NCBI GenBank assembly: GCA_051294905.1
Contig: CM119385.1
Location: 10,540,001 to 10,604,000 of the forward strand
Reading direction: 5' to 3'
Length of the DNA: 64,000 nucleotides
Source of the DNA: Botryllus schlosseri
Lineage: Eukaryota
Shown here: positions 23,401 through 35,400 of the stretch, piece after piece
How the letters are laid out: the number at the start of each line of letters is the position of its first letter
Position numbering within the stretch: the stretch's first letter is position 1
Position numbers and translations under genes: made by a program
Notes under the pieces: generated by a model
Seen by the model: only the letters and a program-made list of their open reading frames with translations
Told to the model about the DNA's origin: nothing
The model's database searches: none

Positions 23401-26400
23401 ACTTTTCAATCATCTGGTAAATCGGCATTTCGTAAAACTGATTTCATTTCTACGTAAGTGATATACCAACGACAACTTTGATCTTCTGCTATTGTTACAT
23501 AGTCTCATACCCTACAGATCCATGTAAGGTGACATGTGGAGGGCGATCAATGACAGCGACTTGCGACACAAAATTTCTAAGTCCTAAAATAATTGTGATC
23601 GCGGTATTTCTGAATCAGAAGACGGGCTCGTGCAAATTATCTGGGAAAAGCGGAAACCAAAGGAGCATAACCGTTTTTTACGATGACTGCGGGACGGTGG
23701 CTGAAGTAAGTTTTCACATTAGTTACATACCAAACGCATTTTAAATATTTATTCTCACGAAAACGTACTTTGAATAAGCAAGTTGGGGTTTGTTTCTTGA
23801 ATAATGGAATACCAAGAGGGTCTAGGAAATCCCAAAGCAATTCAAATCATTTATTCAATTCCCTTTCGAACAGACAAATACAACAGTCTACTTGTTTGGC
23901 GCCCCGTACCACGGAAAGTGAGAAGTGAAAATTGGTCAAGCCACATTCTCAACAACAATCCTAATAATTTCATGCTTTTACCTGATTCTATTTTCATAAT
24001 ACGAATTGAAAGCGGAAGCGTTCCGAATTCTCACAATTCCGAATTCACACATGATTGGGAAATTCAGCGCCACGATTGGTGCATGCAACATGATTAATGA
24101 TACTGGTAGGAGCTGCGGTTACTAAGTTCTGCATGAACATCATTCGTGAGTCATATGACTCAACGCTCCACAATATAACCATCATTGTCAGTGAGCAGAT
24201 AAACATAATCATTAAACAGATATTTCATTGAAACGAATTATTCATTGACATTGTTCAAGATGTAGCTAATGTTGAATTACGTCCGCCACTTATAGCACGC
24301 GAGATTATTTTTCATGGCACGGCAGATGAATTGATGCACACTACATGTATGTTGCAGAAAGTGAAAGATAGGTTTTCAAAATGGAAAAAGCTCGTAGACG
24401 ACATACAATAATTCCGTAAATCAACATTAAATATAGTCTTTTAGGACAGATTTTATTATCTTGCTTTGCGCGATTTACTGGGACTTAATTTCTTTATGAT
24501 AAGTGTAGGTGCCCCCAAATACATATATATATGCATATAAAATATACATAATGAACAGAAATGAGTCAAACTGTATTTGCAATTATGAAAGAACGGTAAC
24601 CTGATATATACTATAAAACCGTTTGGGTTCTTTAGTTCACGATTTTGCACTGTGCAGCCTGTGGGATAGAGACTCTTATACGAACTCATATTTCGGAACT
24701 GGGCATTTTCACGCTGACATAGGACCTAGACATAACGTTCCGGGCAACATGCGACCACGCGACCCCGTGCGCTGCGTGCGCCGACAAAATTATTGGCGGC
24801 GATAAAACCTTGAAATAAAATAACGTCTCATGTTGACCAAAACGTTCGACACTAATATGTCCACTGTCCAGGCGCCGTAATGGCCGGCGTCGAATAGTTT
24901 TGCGCCCGCAGCTTGCGCAGCACGTATATCAAATAAGACCCGCAGAGGTTGATATTTAGCTCGGTGTCGAAATGCGAATTTGGAATCGTGTTCGTCCCAT
25001 GAAAGAAGATTTTTTTTAGTTTCATCTATGGTACGTGTTATCGTCGGTATCGCCACTTATGGCTAATGGTACCCATCGAACACATTAACCTTGGAAATGA
25101 ACAGAGCAACCTCAGAAGATCAATCACTGCGATCCAAACACTACGTACATTAAGCGGTGGATCCAGTGTGGTGCGACCAATAGTTTAAGAATCACTGGCG
25201 TAACCGATGCCGTTGCTAGCTGCTGATAACCGGTTGCTGGGATTCCTTGTTTGAAACGCTAAATATGACAAAATTAAAAATGTTTGGCACGCCAGTTGGT
25301 AATATTTGGACATTTTTTGATAACTTAGCACGCTGCATTCGAAAGGTTGCCGACCCCTGAAGTAGATACAAGGCCTGCAGCCTGTAGCCTATGCTTATTG
25401 CTTTTTCAAACATACCCGGTTTATGCAAGAGGATACTGCAATATTTGTAGCTTATCACATCGCGGTGTACTGCTTTTTTCATCGAAGCTTTTATCATTTA
25501 GTATGGCGATTGATATCTCCACTGTCCAGGCGCCGAAATGACCGGTGCCGAATAGTCCAGCGGCGTAGCTAGAGCAGCGCGTGTATCAAATAAGACCCGC
25601 AGAGGAAAATGTTGAGCAACGTGTCCAAATGCGAATTTGAAATCGTGTTCGTGCCATGAAACACCATGAATGAATAACCCACACTTATGGCTTTTTCAAA
25701 CACATCTGGTTTATGCCAGAGTATACTGAAAGATTGGTAGCTTATCATATCTTGGTGTACTGTTATTTTCATCGAAGCTTTTATCATTTAGTATGGCGAC
25801 GATTATGTTATTTATCGAAATCGTTTACGTACCGGAAATTACAAAAGGTTCCACGAAGATTCGAAGCTGATCATCACACGAGCCGTTGGACATTTCCAGG
25901 TAACGAAACAATGAGAAATATTCTTTCATCCACCACTTCATTGCTTTATTTTAGTTCGACATGGAATGCAGATTGCCCTTACTGAGGAACGCTTCAGCGC
26001 AATTGTCTGATTACACATTGTTGGTGAATGAAACGAAAGATTTCAACGACAGCAAGGATATCGATCCGCGAAGGACAAACGTGGAAATATATGAGTACGA
26101 TTGTTAAACCAGTAGATAGAGTTTGTACAGTAGCATACGAAAATGACGACGGTTCAAGTAACGTTTCATACGTTCTCTTTGCCGCGTACAAGTCTCTATC
26201 ACTGCGTGGCTGAAAGAATTGATGTAATTTCACAGGGATCCCCTCGATAGGCCACAGTTAACAGTCGTTGCATCCAGGACCGTAACAGCACTTCGTCAGC
26301 CCCCATAAAACGTTGATCTTGGGCCCCCCATAGGGTGATAAACCGAACTTGTGGGAGGCTTCGTCCCACAGGCGATACGCTGTTTGCCGTTACTCATCAT

Positions 26401-29400
26401 CTACACTTGGGGGCCATTTAGCGAGTGAGCTCTAGCTTATAAACGCGCGTAGCGACATCTATTGCGTGGGTATAGGGCGTAGGCAGGACCGTAACTGCCG
26501 CACCCCAAACCAAAAAATTAGGTGGGGGCGATCTCGAAGGGATATCAAAATTATTTCGTGAATTATCTTAAATTATAGAGTGTTCCGAATGTTCCTGTCC
26601 GGTCAATCTGAACCCCACAAGACATTGCCATCCCGCAGAGGAAAATTATTTGCCAGTGAAAAAATACCCATTTGAAATCGTATGCATCTTTTAGTTTAGT
26701 ACGCTTATAGGAGATTTCAATATATTTTGAAATAGCAAAAGGTCACGAAATAACATCAGGCAACGGAGTCATTATACGAACGGGTTCGCCCGAAGATGTC
26801 AAATTAGTATTTACGGGCCCTACATTTTCCAACACACCTGACTCAGCTCCACCGGTAAATCTGATTACGTGAGCTGAGAGGATAAAAGATTGATAGCAAT
26901 ATATATGCAATTCCTGATCATGTTGGCCGATTCAACCATGAATTAAAGACAATTACCGTGCTCCGCGCGTTTAGGCGGCAAAAGCTGACTAAACAGTAGG
27001 CCTACAACAAATCTCGCTGATAAGTAGAGGGCAAAACGTATAGTCTGATGGGGGGTCTGGGAGCCAAGCCCCTCACAAGTTTGGTTTATCACCCTATGAG
27101 AGGCCCAAGATCAACGTTTTGGGGACTGACGAAGTGCTATTTCGTTCCTGGGCGTAGGCCTGCAGGATGCGACGAATGTGAGAGTAGCCTACCATTTCCT
27201 TACAGACAATCCCTACTTCACTTCACATTAATTCACCTTCTACATTGTTTTTGGATATTTTTATCTCCTTTTTGATATTCATAAGAGCAGCATAAATGAT
27301 GCGATTCCGATCGCCTAATGTTTAAATATAGGCGAGGCTATGTATAATTCCCCGATTGGTTCCTCCCGAAGCGTACTACAACCACATCACTGGTATACGA
27401 CTATACAGAAGTGAAGCGGCAAACTGAATGTTACACAAATACGAATCAGAAACTCGGAAAATATACCAAGAGCGTATTCACTTAGTGAATGCATATACAG
27501 TTATGCACACATGACTTCACAACTTCGAAATAACGATGGTATAGGCCAGATGCGGCCAACTTCTGCAGTCGGCGGGCCGGATATGAGAAAATGACGTACT
27601 TGGCAGGCCGGATTCTTAAATCGATACATTTAAAGCGTATTCATCTACCTCTTGGATTAATCGTATTTAATGTAAACTTTAAGTTTGAAGACCAAAACAG
27701 AGTATTCAATAAATATAGTAACGTAATTTACTTCAATAGCTGTTGAAGTGGAGTAGACTTCTGTCGTAGATCAAAGTTGTTAACGGGTCCTTTGATCTCT
27801 GGCTGCATGTAGGACACAAAGAAAACAAATCACTAAAGAATAATTAACAATCATTATTATTTTTGTCCGAAAAAAAAGAAAGAATAACTTACTCCCTATA
27901 ATTTGACGTAGTAAGCAAGTAATGTGGAGAATTCCGGCAGACTGTGACCGCGGGCCATAATATGATGTAAGACCAAAAACTGGTTCGGCCGCTCAAAATC
28001 CCTTCGCGGACGTATGTTGCTCGCCGATAAAATGTATTGTATGCCTACGAGGGGTCGAATTTTTTTCAAATTTACCAATATATAGATTCATTAGGACAGA
28101 GTCCACGCATAAATGCCGGTAATGCCCGCATTTTCATGTTGACGAACTTACATGTAAGATCCATGCACTCTCGCACGCTATACGCACATGCACGTTAAAG
28201 AATACCCTACAGTTACCAAAATTTAACGTAGCAATCGGGGATTGCGGCTGACTGTGGCGCGGGAAATATTATCATGTATGATCGGAAAATGTCTGCGGGC
28301 CGGACAAAATCATGTTGCGGGCCGTATGTTGCCCCGTCGCTGGTGTAGGCTATCGTTACATAGGCATACGCCGGTTTAATGGAAGAGACTCTGCCTTCGA
28401 GCTTTGAACAACGTATTACAAAATATTATATTTTATTTTCAGTTCTTCTTACGCAAGTCGAATAAGCAATTTCCAGGTCGGAGATCGGCTATATGTTAAG
28501 GTTAGTAGCCGACTGAAACAAGGGTATAGGTAGGGTTTCATCAGGGATACATAGAACTCCTATATGCTCCAGGGTTACATTCAAAACAAGAGATGTTTTA
28601 AAACATGTTCCAAAACGATGTTTTGAACAAATGCATTTTTATTTCAAAAGTTGTATATGCATAATAATGTCATCACTGTGTAACGACATTCGAAAGACAT
28701 GTATGAGCCTTCGGGCGACTTGCACTAGATATAGTTGGCGTATACGATATGGAATGGGTAGACCTTCGAAATCGTCGTCGGTTCAACAGTTATGCAAGTA
28801 TAGTTATATATATATATAGTATTGGAGCGGACCGCAAATGGCACCTGTGCTGGGGGTTGCCGACCTCAGATATAGAGCGATTCCGATGTTCATCTTTCTA
28901 TGGCTCCGTAATTCCGAGCCTTCCTACAGCAGGCTGCGGCACTACCGGTACTTGCCTAGAGACTAGTTTTGTGGAATTCATATTTGTGCATTGGTGACTT
29001 TGCGGTGTACCATTTCAATTCTCAGATTCTCGGCGATCGCTTTAAGACAATCTTTTGTGGTTTGATGCCTACGGCATAACGATTTTATTTGCCAAATGTG
29101 ATCCCACAATATATAATACGCATACAATTATGATTATGAAAACAGTGCACTGACTATTAAATGCGGGTTATCATGATAACAGTACATCATATTTCAATAA
29201 ATAAATACAGCAACAGCCTTTTGATATATATAAGTAGATAGCAGTGGGTTGCAAAGAGTGCAATCACGCCCCAAATGTTGAAAAAACAAAATTGTGAAAT
29301 CTCGCCCATTCTCAGTAGAAATCACTAACTCTCTGATATTACGTACTTTTAATGATCAATTTGTTCTGGTTGATATGAAACTATCAAACGAATCAAAACT

Positions 29401-32400
29401 AGATGTGGTGATTGTTGTGATTGTATAAGTGCTGATTACTGTAATTAGTTTACTTTGCTCTGTTCATTCCTTTCGTACCTCAGTTGCTTATATCTGTGTT
29501 GTCGAGTGCATGTCCTAGTTCCGTGAAGTTGATTGTAGCTGAATTTCAGTTAATAAAAACCTAGAAAGCTGTCAAGCAGTTTCGTCTTCGTCTACCTACG
29601 CTTTCCTCGAAAGGTCACCACAATTTTATTAACTGCTATTGACACAATCGACTCTGGAATGACTTTCTCTCAAGAGAAGTATATCCGCGTGCCGGTTCTA
29701 GATTTATTACCGAGCTCTCAAGACTCTTCGAAAGTATTCAACCACTGGGACAAAATGTTGTCGAGCTTCATATCGGCTGCAGAGTCTTCTTTGCCATCGA
29801 CCAGCAGCACGGACACTGGACAAGAATCTAGCAGTGGCCGTCCCGGGGCAGTTCTCGATAAGTTGGCTATTTTGATTGGTTATGTATCGCCAAGCGTGTA
29901 CGCTTTGATCGAAGATCATGGCACGTTCGAATCTGCCATGGCACACCTAACCAAGTTATATCGGAAGAAAAAGAACATCACATATGCTCGACATTTACTC
30001 GCAACTGCTAAGCAAGACTCTGGTGAGACCGTCGCTGATTTCTCACAAAAGTTGATGGCTCTGTCTCGTGATTGCGATTTTGAAGCTGTTAATGCAGAAG
30101 TGCATAAAATGGAGGCCGTGCGAGATGCCCTAATTACTGGCTTGCGGTCCTCTGGCATTAGATTGCGTCTTCTCGAACATGATGAGTTGACACTCGAAAA
30201 AGCCATGCAGATAGCAGACTCTCTTGAACGGGCGCAAGCGTTTTCCTCGTCCTATGAAATATCGCCTCCTACCGCTAACATGGTTCCGGGAAATCAGGAA
30301 ATGCAGAAGACTTCACATACGCCTGACCAATCGCCTGTGTTGTCCTGCAGCTCTGAATTGGCTGCATTACAGAAGTCTCCTGAAAAAAAGAAGTGCTTAT
30401 TTTGCGGCGGTTTCCATACGATGCTTCGCAAGTTTTGTCCAGCCCGAAACAGCGAATGCTCGAGATGTGGCCGACGGGGTCACTTTGCCAAAGTCTGCAA
30501 ATTCAATTTGGCTTCGCTAGCCGGTGTACCCGGTTCTTTGAGGCGTTCGTTCGACGTTGGAAGTTTTTGTTGCTGAGAGATTGGTCAAAGTACTTGTAGA
30601 TTCGGGGGCGTACGAATGCTACATTAGATCATCATTCGCCAAAATTCTCAATCTCGCTCTTACTCCTCGGGATTACACTATTACCCTTGCATCAAAGTCA
30701 TCTTCTGCTCGAGTTATTGGTCATACATACGCGACACTTCGCATTGAAGATAAAGATTACGGCGCAACTCAATTTTGCGTCGTTGATGAACTGTGCGCCG
30801 ACGTAATCATCGGTTTGGAATTCCTCCAACAGCATAAGCGAGTTATATTTGAATTTGGTGGGCCTAAGGGAGATCTCGTATTAGGACGCAAGCATTGTGT
30901 CGTAGCTGCCGCTAAAGTGAGTGATCCGCCTGAAATATTCAAGTTTGTCGACCCAGCTGTAAAGCTTGTAGCTGTGAAGTCGAGAAAGTACAGCTCGGAG
31001 GATCGATCTTTTGTACGGAGCGAGGTGTCAAAGCTCCTGGATGAAGGCGTTATAGAGAAGTCGGTATCTCCCTGGCGAGCTCAAGTTTTGGTAACCAAGG
31101 ACCCTCGACATAAGAAAAGGTTAGTGATTGATTACTCGCGGACGATAAATCGATACACCCCTTTGGATGCTTGTCCGCTACCAAAAATTGATGACATTGT
31201 CAATGAAGTTGCAAAAGGTGTTGTTTATAGCACGATCGATCTCAAGTCTGCCTATCACCAGGTGTCTCTCTCTGCGGCCGACCGACCCTTCACAGCTTTT
31301 GAAGCTGATGGTTGTCTGTATCAATTTCGTCGCCTACCCTTCGGCATCACCAATGGGGTCGCTGCATTTCAGCGGTTCATTGATAAATTTATAGCGGACA
31401 ACCACTTGAAAGGCACAATCGCTTACTTGGATAATGTAACTATATACGGAAGGAATCAGAAGGAGCACAATGAGAGGCTCTCTTCGTTCATGTCCGCCGC
31501 TGATTCAACAGGTCTGACTCTAAATAAAAATAAATGTGCGTTTGGGGTTTCGAAGCTCTCACTGCTCGGCCATCTGATCTCCCACAATGATATTCGACCC
31601 GATCCGGATCATTTGCGACCCTTAACGCAAATGCCGGCTCCAAGCGATACTCGTAGTCTGAAGCGCTGTTTGGGCATGTTTTCGTACTATTCAAAATGGA
31701 TTCCGTCTTTTTCCGATAAAGTGAAGCCCCTATGTGAAAATGTCGTGTTCCCCTTGCTTGAAAAACAGAGAAACGCGTTTGAAACGGTAAAACAGAATCT
31801 ACTTCGCGCCTTTTTGAGCTGCATCTATGATGACGAACCGTTTCAAGTTGAATGCGATGCTTCCGAAGTTGCGATCGCCTCTATTTTAAGCCAAAAGGGC
31901 AGGCCTGTTGCGTTCATGTCTCGAACGCTATCAAAATGCGAAATGAAATACCCCGCTGTAGAAAAGGAAGCTTTGGCCATTGTCGAGTCTCTTCGAAATG
32001 AATTTAAATTGATAACGGACCAAAAGGCATTATCTTTCATATTTAGAAAAGACCATCCAAGTAAGATTAAAAATGCAAAGCTCACTCTGTGGAAACTCGA
32101 GTTAAGTCCGCTAAAGTATCAAATAATTCACCGCCCTGGATCCGAGAATATCGGACCTAATACTCTGTCTCGGGTTTGTTGTTCGTCCCCAGGCCAGCCA
32201 CACATGAGCCTTCAAGAGATCCATGAAGCGCTGAGTCACCCTGGGATTCGACGACTTGATCACTTTGTCCGATCCAAGAATCTACCTTTTTCTATGGAGG
32301 ACGTTAAAAGAACTTGCGCTAATTGTCAATTATGTGCTAAATTGAAACCTCGGTTTTTCATGTCTAATGAAACGAACAAGTTGATAAAAGCTACTCGACC

Positions 32401-35400
32401 ATGAGAACGTATTAGCATCGATTTCAAAGGTCCCGTTGATGGACCCAGAAAGTTTGTACTTGTTATTATTGACGAGTACAGTCGCTTCCCATTTGCTTAT
32501 CCTTGTCGCGACATGACGTCGTCAACGGTCGTCAATTGTCTCTCATCCTTGTTTTCGCTTGTCGGTGTACCGGAATATGTACACAGTGACAGGGGTGCCT
32601 CATTTCTATCTAAGGAAATCACCGATTTCTTGACACGCAAGCGTATTGCCACCAGCAAGTCGACTCCTTATCACCCCACAGGCAATTCGCAATGCGAGAG
32701 GCTTAATCAGACTTTGTGGAAATCCGTCAAGTTGCTTTTGGAAAGTCAGAGATTGCCGGAGATACATTGGGAATCGGTTTTGCCGGATGCTCTTCATTCC
32801 ATCCGGTCGCTCTTATGCACGGCATCTAATTGTTCTCCTCATGACAGGTTCTTCAAGTTTGAAAGGAGATCCATGTTGGGCGACTCCATCCCCGACTGGC
32901 TTCTTCATGGCGGCACTGTACTTCTACGAAATTTTGTGCGGAACAAAGGCGACCCCCTCGTTAATGAGGTAGAACTATTGGATGCCAACCCTAAATACGC
33001 CTTAATACGTTACAGAAACGGCGTAGAATCAACGGTTTCCGTTAAAGATCTCGCACCCTACCCTGTTTCTACAAAGTCTTCTGAGGCGCTTGAAAGAAAG
33101 GAAAAAGAGTTTTCCTCTGTCTGCGATACAACGGAGCCGTCTTCCGATGAACTTACCACCTCGTCCAGCAGCGAAAAAGATGGCGTTGCTTGTAAAACAT
33201 GTTCTCCGCGTCGCGACGAAGTAGTGGAGCCCAGTAGCAGCGCAGATGTCGAGGAACCTCCACTGCGTCGATCCACGCGCATAAGGCGCGCTCCCGAACG
33301 TTACGGGCAAGGGACCTCGTAAAAGCCTGTCCCTATTTTTCTTGGTGGGGGTGAATGTGGTGATTGTTGTGATTTTATAAGTGCTGATTACTGTAATTAG
33401 TTTACTTTGCTCTGTTCATTCCTTTCGTACCTCAGTTGCTTATATCTGTGTTGTCGAGTGCATGTCCTAGTTCCGTGAAGTTGATTGTAGCTGAATTTCA
33501 GTTCATAAAAACCTAGAAAGCTGTCAAGCAGTTTCGTCTTCGTCTACCTACGCTTTCCTCGAAAGGTCACCACACTAGATGTTTCCATTTATAGGTAATT
33601 TTTATCTTTGACCTGAAGTAAAACCTCCCGATGCCTCGCGTATACTCTGGTCGTATTAGAGATGAGGAATTCTGCGGCCAGGATCCATGTTTTAGTAAAT
33701 AACCGGAAGTGAGCTATTACATTTCACTGAGAACTGTCGCATGATCAGCTCTGTCATTACTAATTATGATGTTATAGCGCAAATCTGATAAATGAACTTC
33801 TTGATATGCATTGTAAAACAGCAGACTGATTTCAGATGACGATCGATACTAACAGTAACCCAACCCTGTCTCGCGGTTACAAATTGCACCCAGTTAGCTG
33901 CTACGCAGCGCCCGATGGAAGCAAAAATAGTCTACAGCAATACACACTCATAGAAAACGGGTAAGTTGCAATAAAAGCTTTATTAGTTTCTATAACAGGG
34001 GCGGCCAACCCGCGACCTACGAGAAGGTTTTGAGTGGCCCGCGATGTAATTCTCGAAATTAGTTATAATAATAATAAAAAATTACTCAGGCAATTAATTT
34101 ATTGAACTTGCAAGATCAACTAAAAATGTCATTAGCGAACTCTGGAATGCTGATGACTAAAATATCAGTTCCGACGCATTGGTGTAGCCAGTGGCCATCC
34201 ACATTTTTCGGGGATCTTCGTATATGACAGATACGACCACAAAGCAGAATATTTCGCGGCCGATTTATTTGACTTGATATTTTTCTTAGCATTTCGAGCG
34301 ATTTATTGTCACTCGATTTCTTGATTTTAGCATTGGGGCCCCCTCCTGATATTTTAAAACTAGAAATACGCCCAATTTACGGAATTGACTCTAACTATAT
34401 TCGCAATCGTGAGAGAACGTGTCGTCTAACACGCAACTTCGCGTCTGCACTCGCAGAATGATCTTCGGCGATGACACCGTTGCACAAAATGATAGACGCA
34501 TATTCACTGAAATCTTGATATTGATAATATTGATAATATTGATAATATTGATAATATTGATATGTCCAAGCGCCAGTTATTTACCCTGGTCAACAGAATG
34601 AAAAAAACCATCTAGGAGTCGTTTCTGGGGTTTTCAAGGTTGCTGATTACGAATATCCAGCCGTAGATTGGCTCTAGAAAAGAAGACACTTATACCCATA
34701 AAAAAGCCCAAAATCCCTTGAAAATTTCAGTTGGTAGGAGGTAAATCTTAGATTTTTCTACTTTCATACTGCGCATAAATACATAATTGACTAGGAACCC
34801 GCATGTCGTTCTCAGTTATTCCATCAATATTAACATTAACGAGAACTTTGCTTGTAGAAAAAGCAGTTTATCAAGCCTAGAAATTGTACTTTTGCACAGC
34901 GGAAATATGTTTTCTCTAGTGCCAATTGGTCATTCTACCAAGATGAAAGTGGAGTGTAATGCTATCACATTTGTCCCTGGGAAATCTAACTAAAGTACTT
35001 ATATGAGTCTCATCTATTATGACTTGTAAATGGATAATTTTTCGCTGAGCCAACAAAGTGAGTGTACCTAGTCTCTATATCAAACGAGTAGCTTAAATCT
35101 GGTATCTTTGATGGACATCAGATTCGAATACGGATGAAGGATTCCAATTTCATATTAAGAAAGGTGCTCACTGAATGGAATCCCATTTAGGATAATAGTA
35201 AATAAAAACTTTTTGGAAGATCACAAAGCACCCAGCCACAAACAGCTGGTCCAAAAATTGGTATCTGCATATGGAAACCTTGGAGCAAACATGAGCATTA
35301 AATCTCAGTTCCTGATCAGTCACCTTGATATATTACCTGATAATATTGTTGATTAGAGGGAATAGAAAGGGGAAAGGTTTCATCAATACATCAAAACAAC

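Larger units (their letters stand above)
29404..33574 (+). mobile_element. Ty3/gypsy (Mag-like) LTR retrotransposon, element 2, recent, intronic in gene B
   Basis: 219-bp LTRs differ at 2 positions and have termini TGTGGTGA...TCACCACA. Perfect 5-bp TSD CTAGA; PPT GGTGGGGGTGAA at 33344-33355. Confidence 0.98.

Noticed and set aside
24790-25690. Repeated minus-strand peptide (LFDAGHYGAWTV / LFGTGHFGAWTV) as a nested antisense gene
   Set aside because: Differences between copies fall mostly at codon positions 1 and 2 and one copy is frameshifted, which fits a neutral duplication.
28749-28997. ORF with HLCWGLPTSD resembling the ZP-C CWATP motif
   Set aside because: The true motif exon is 33836-33960 (CYAAP...YTLIENG), which splices in phase on both sides.
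30540-30576. Programmed gag-pol frameshift in element 2
   Set aside because: No slippery heptamer is evident, and the related element 1 has gag and protease in one frame, so a mutation is more likely.
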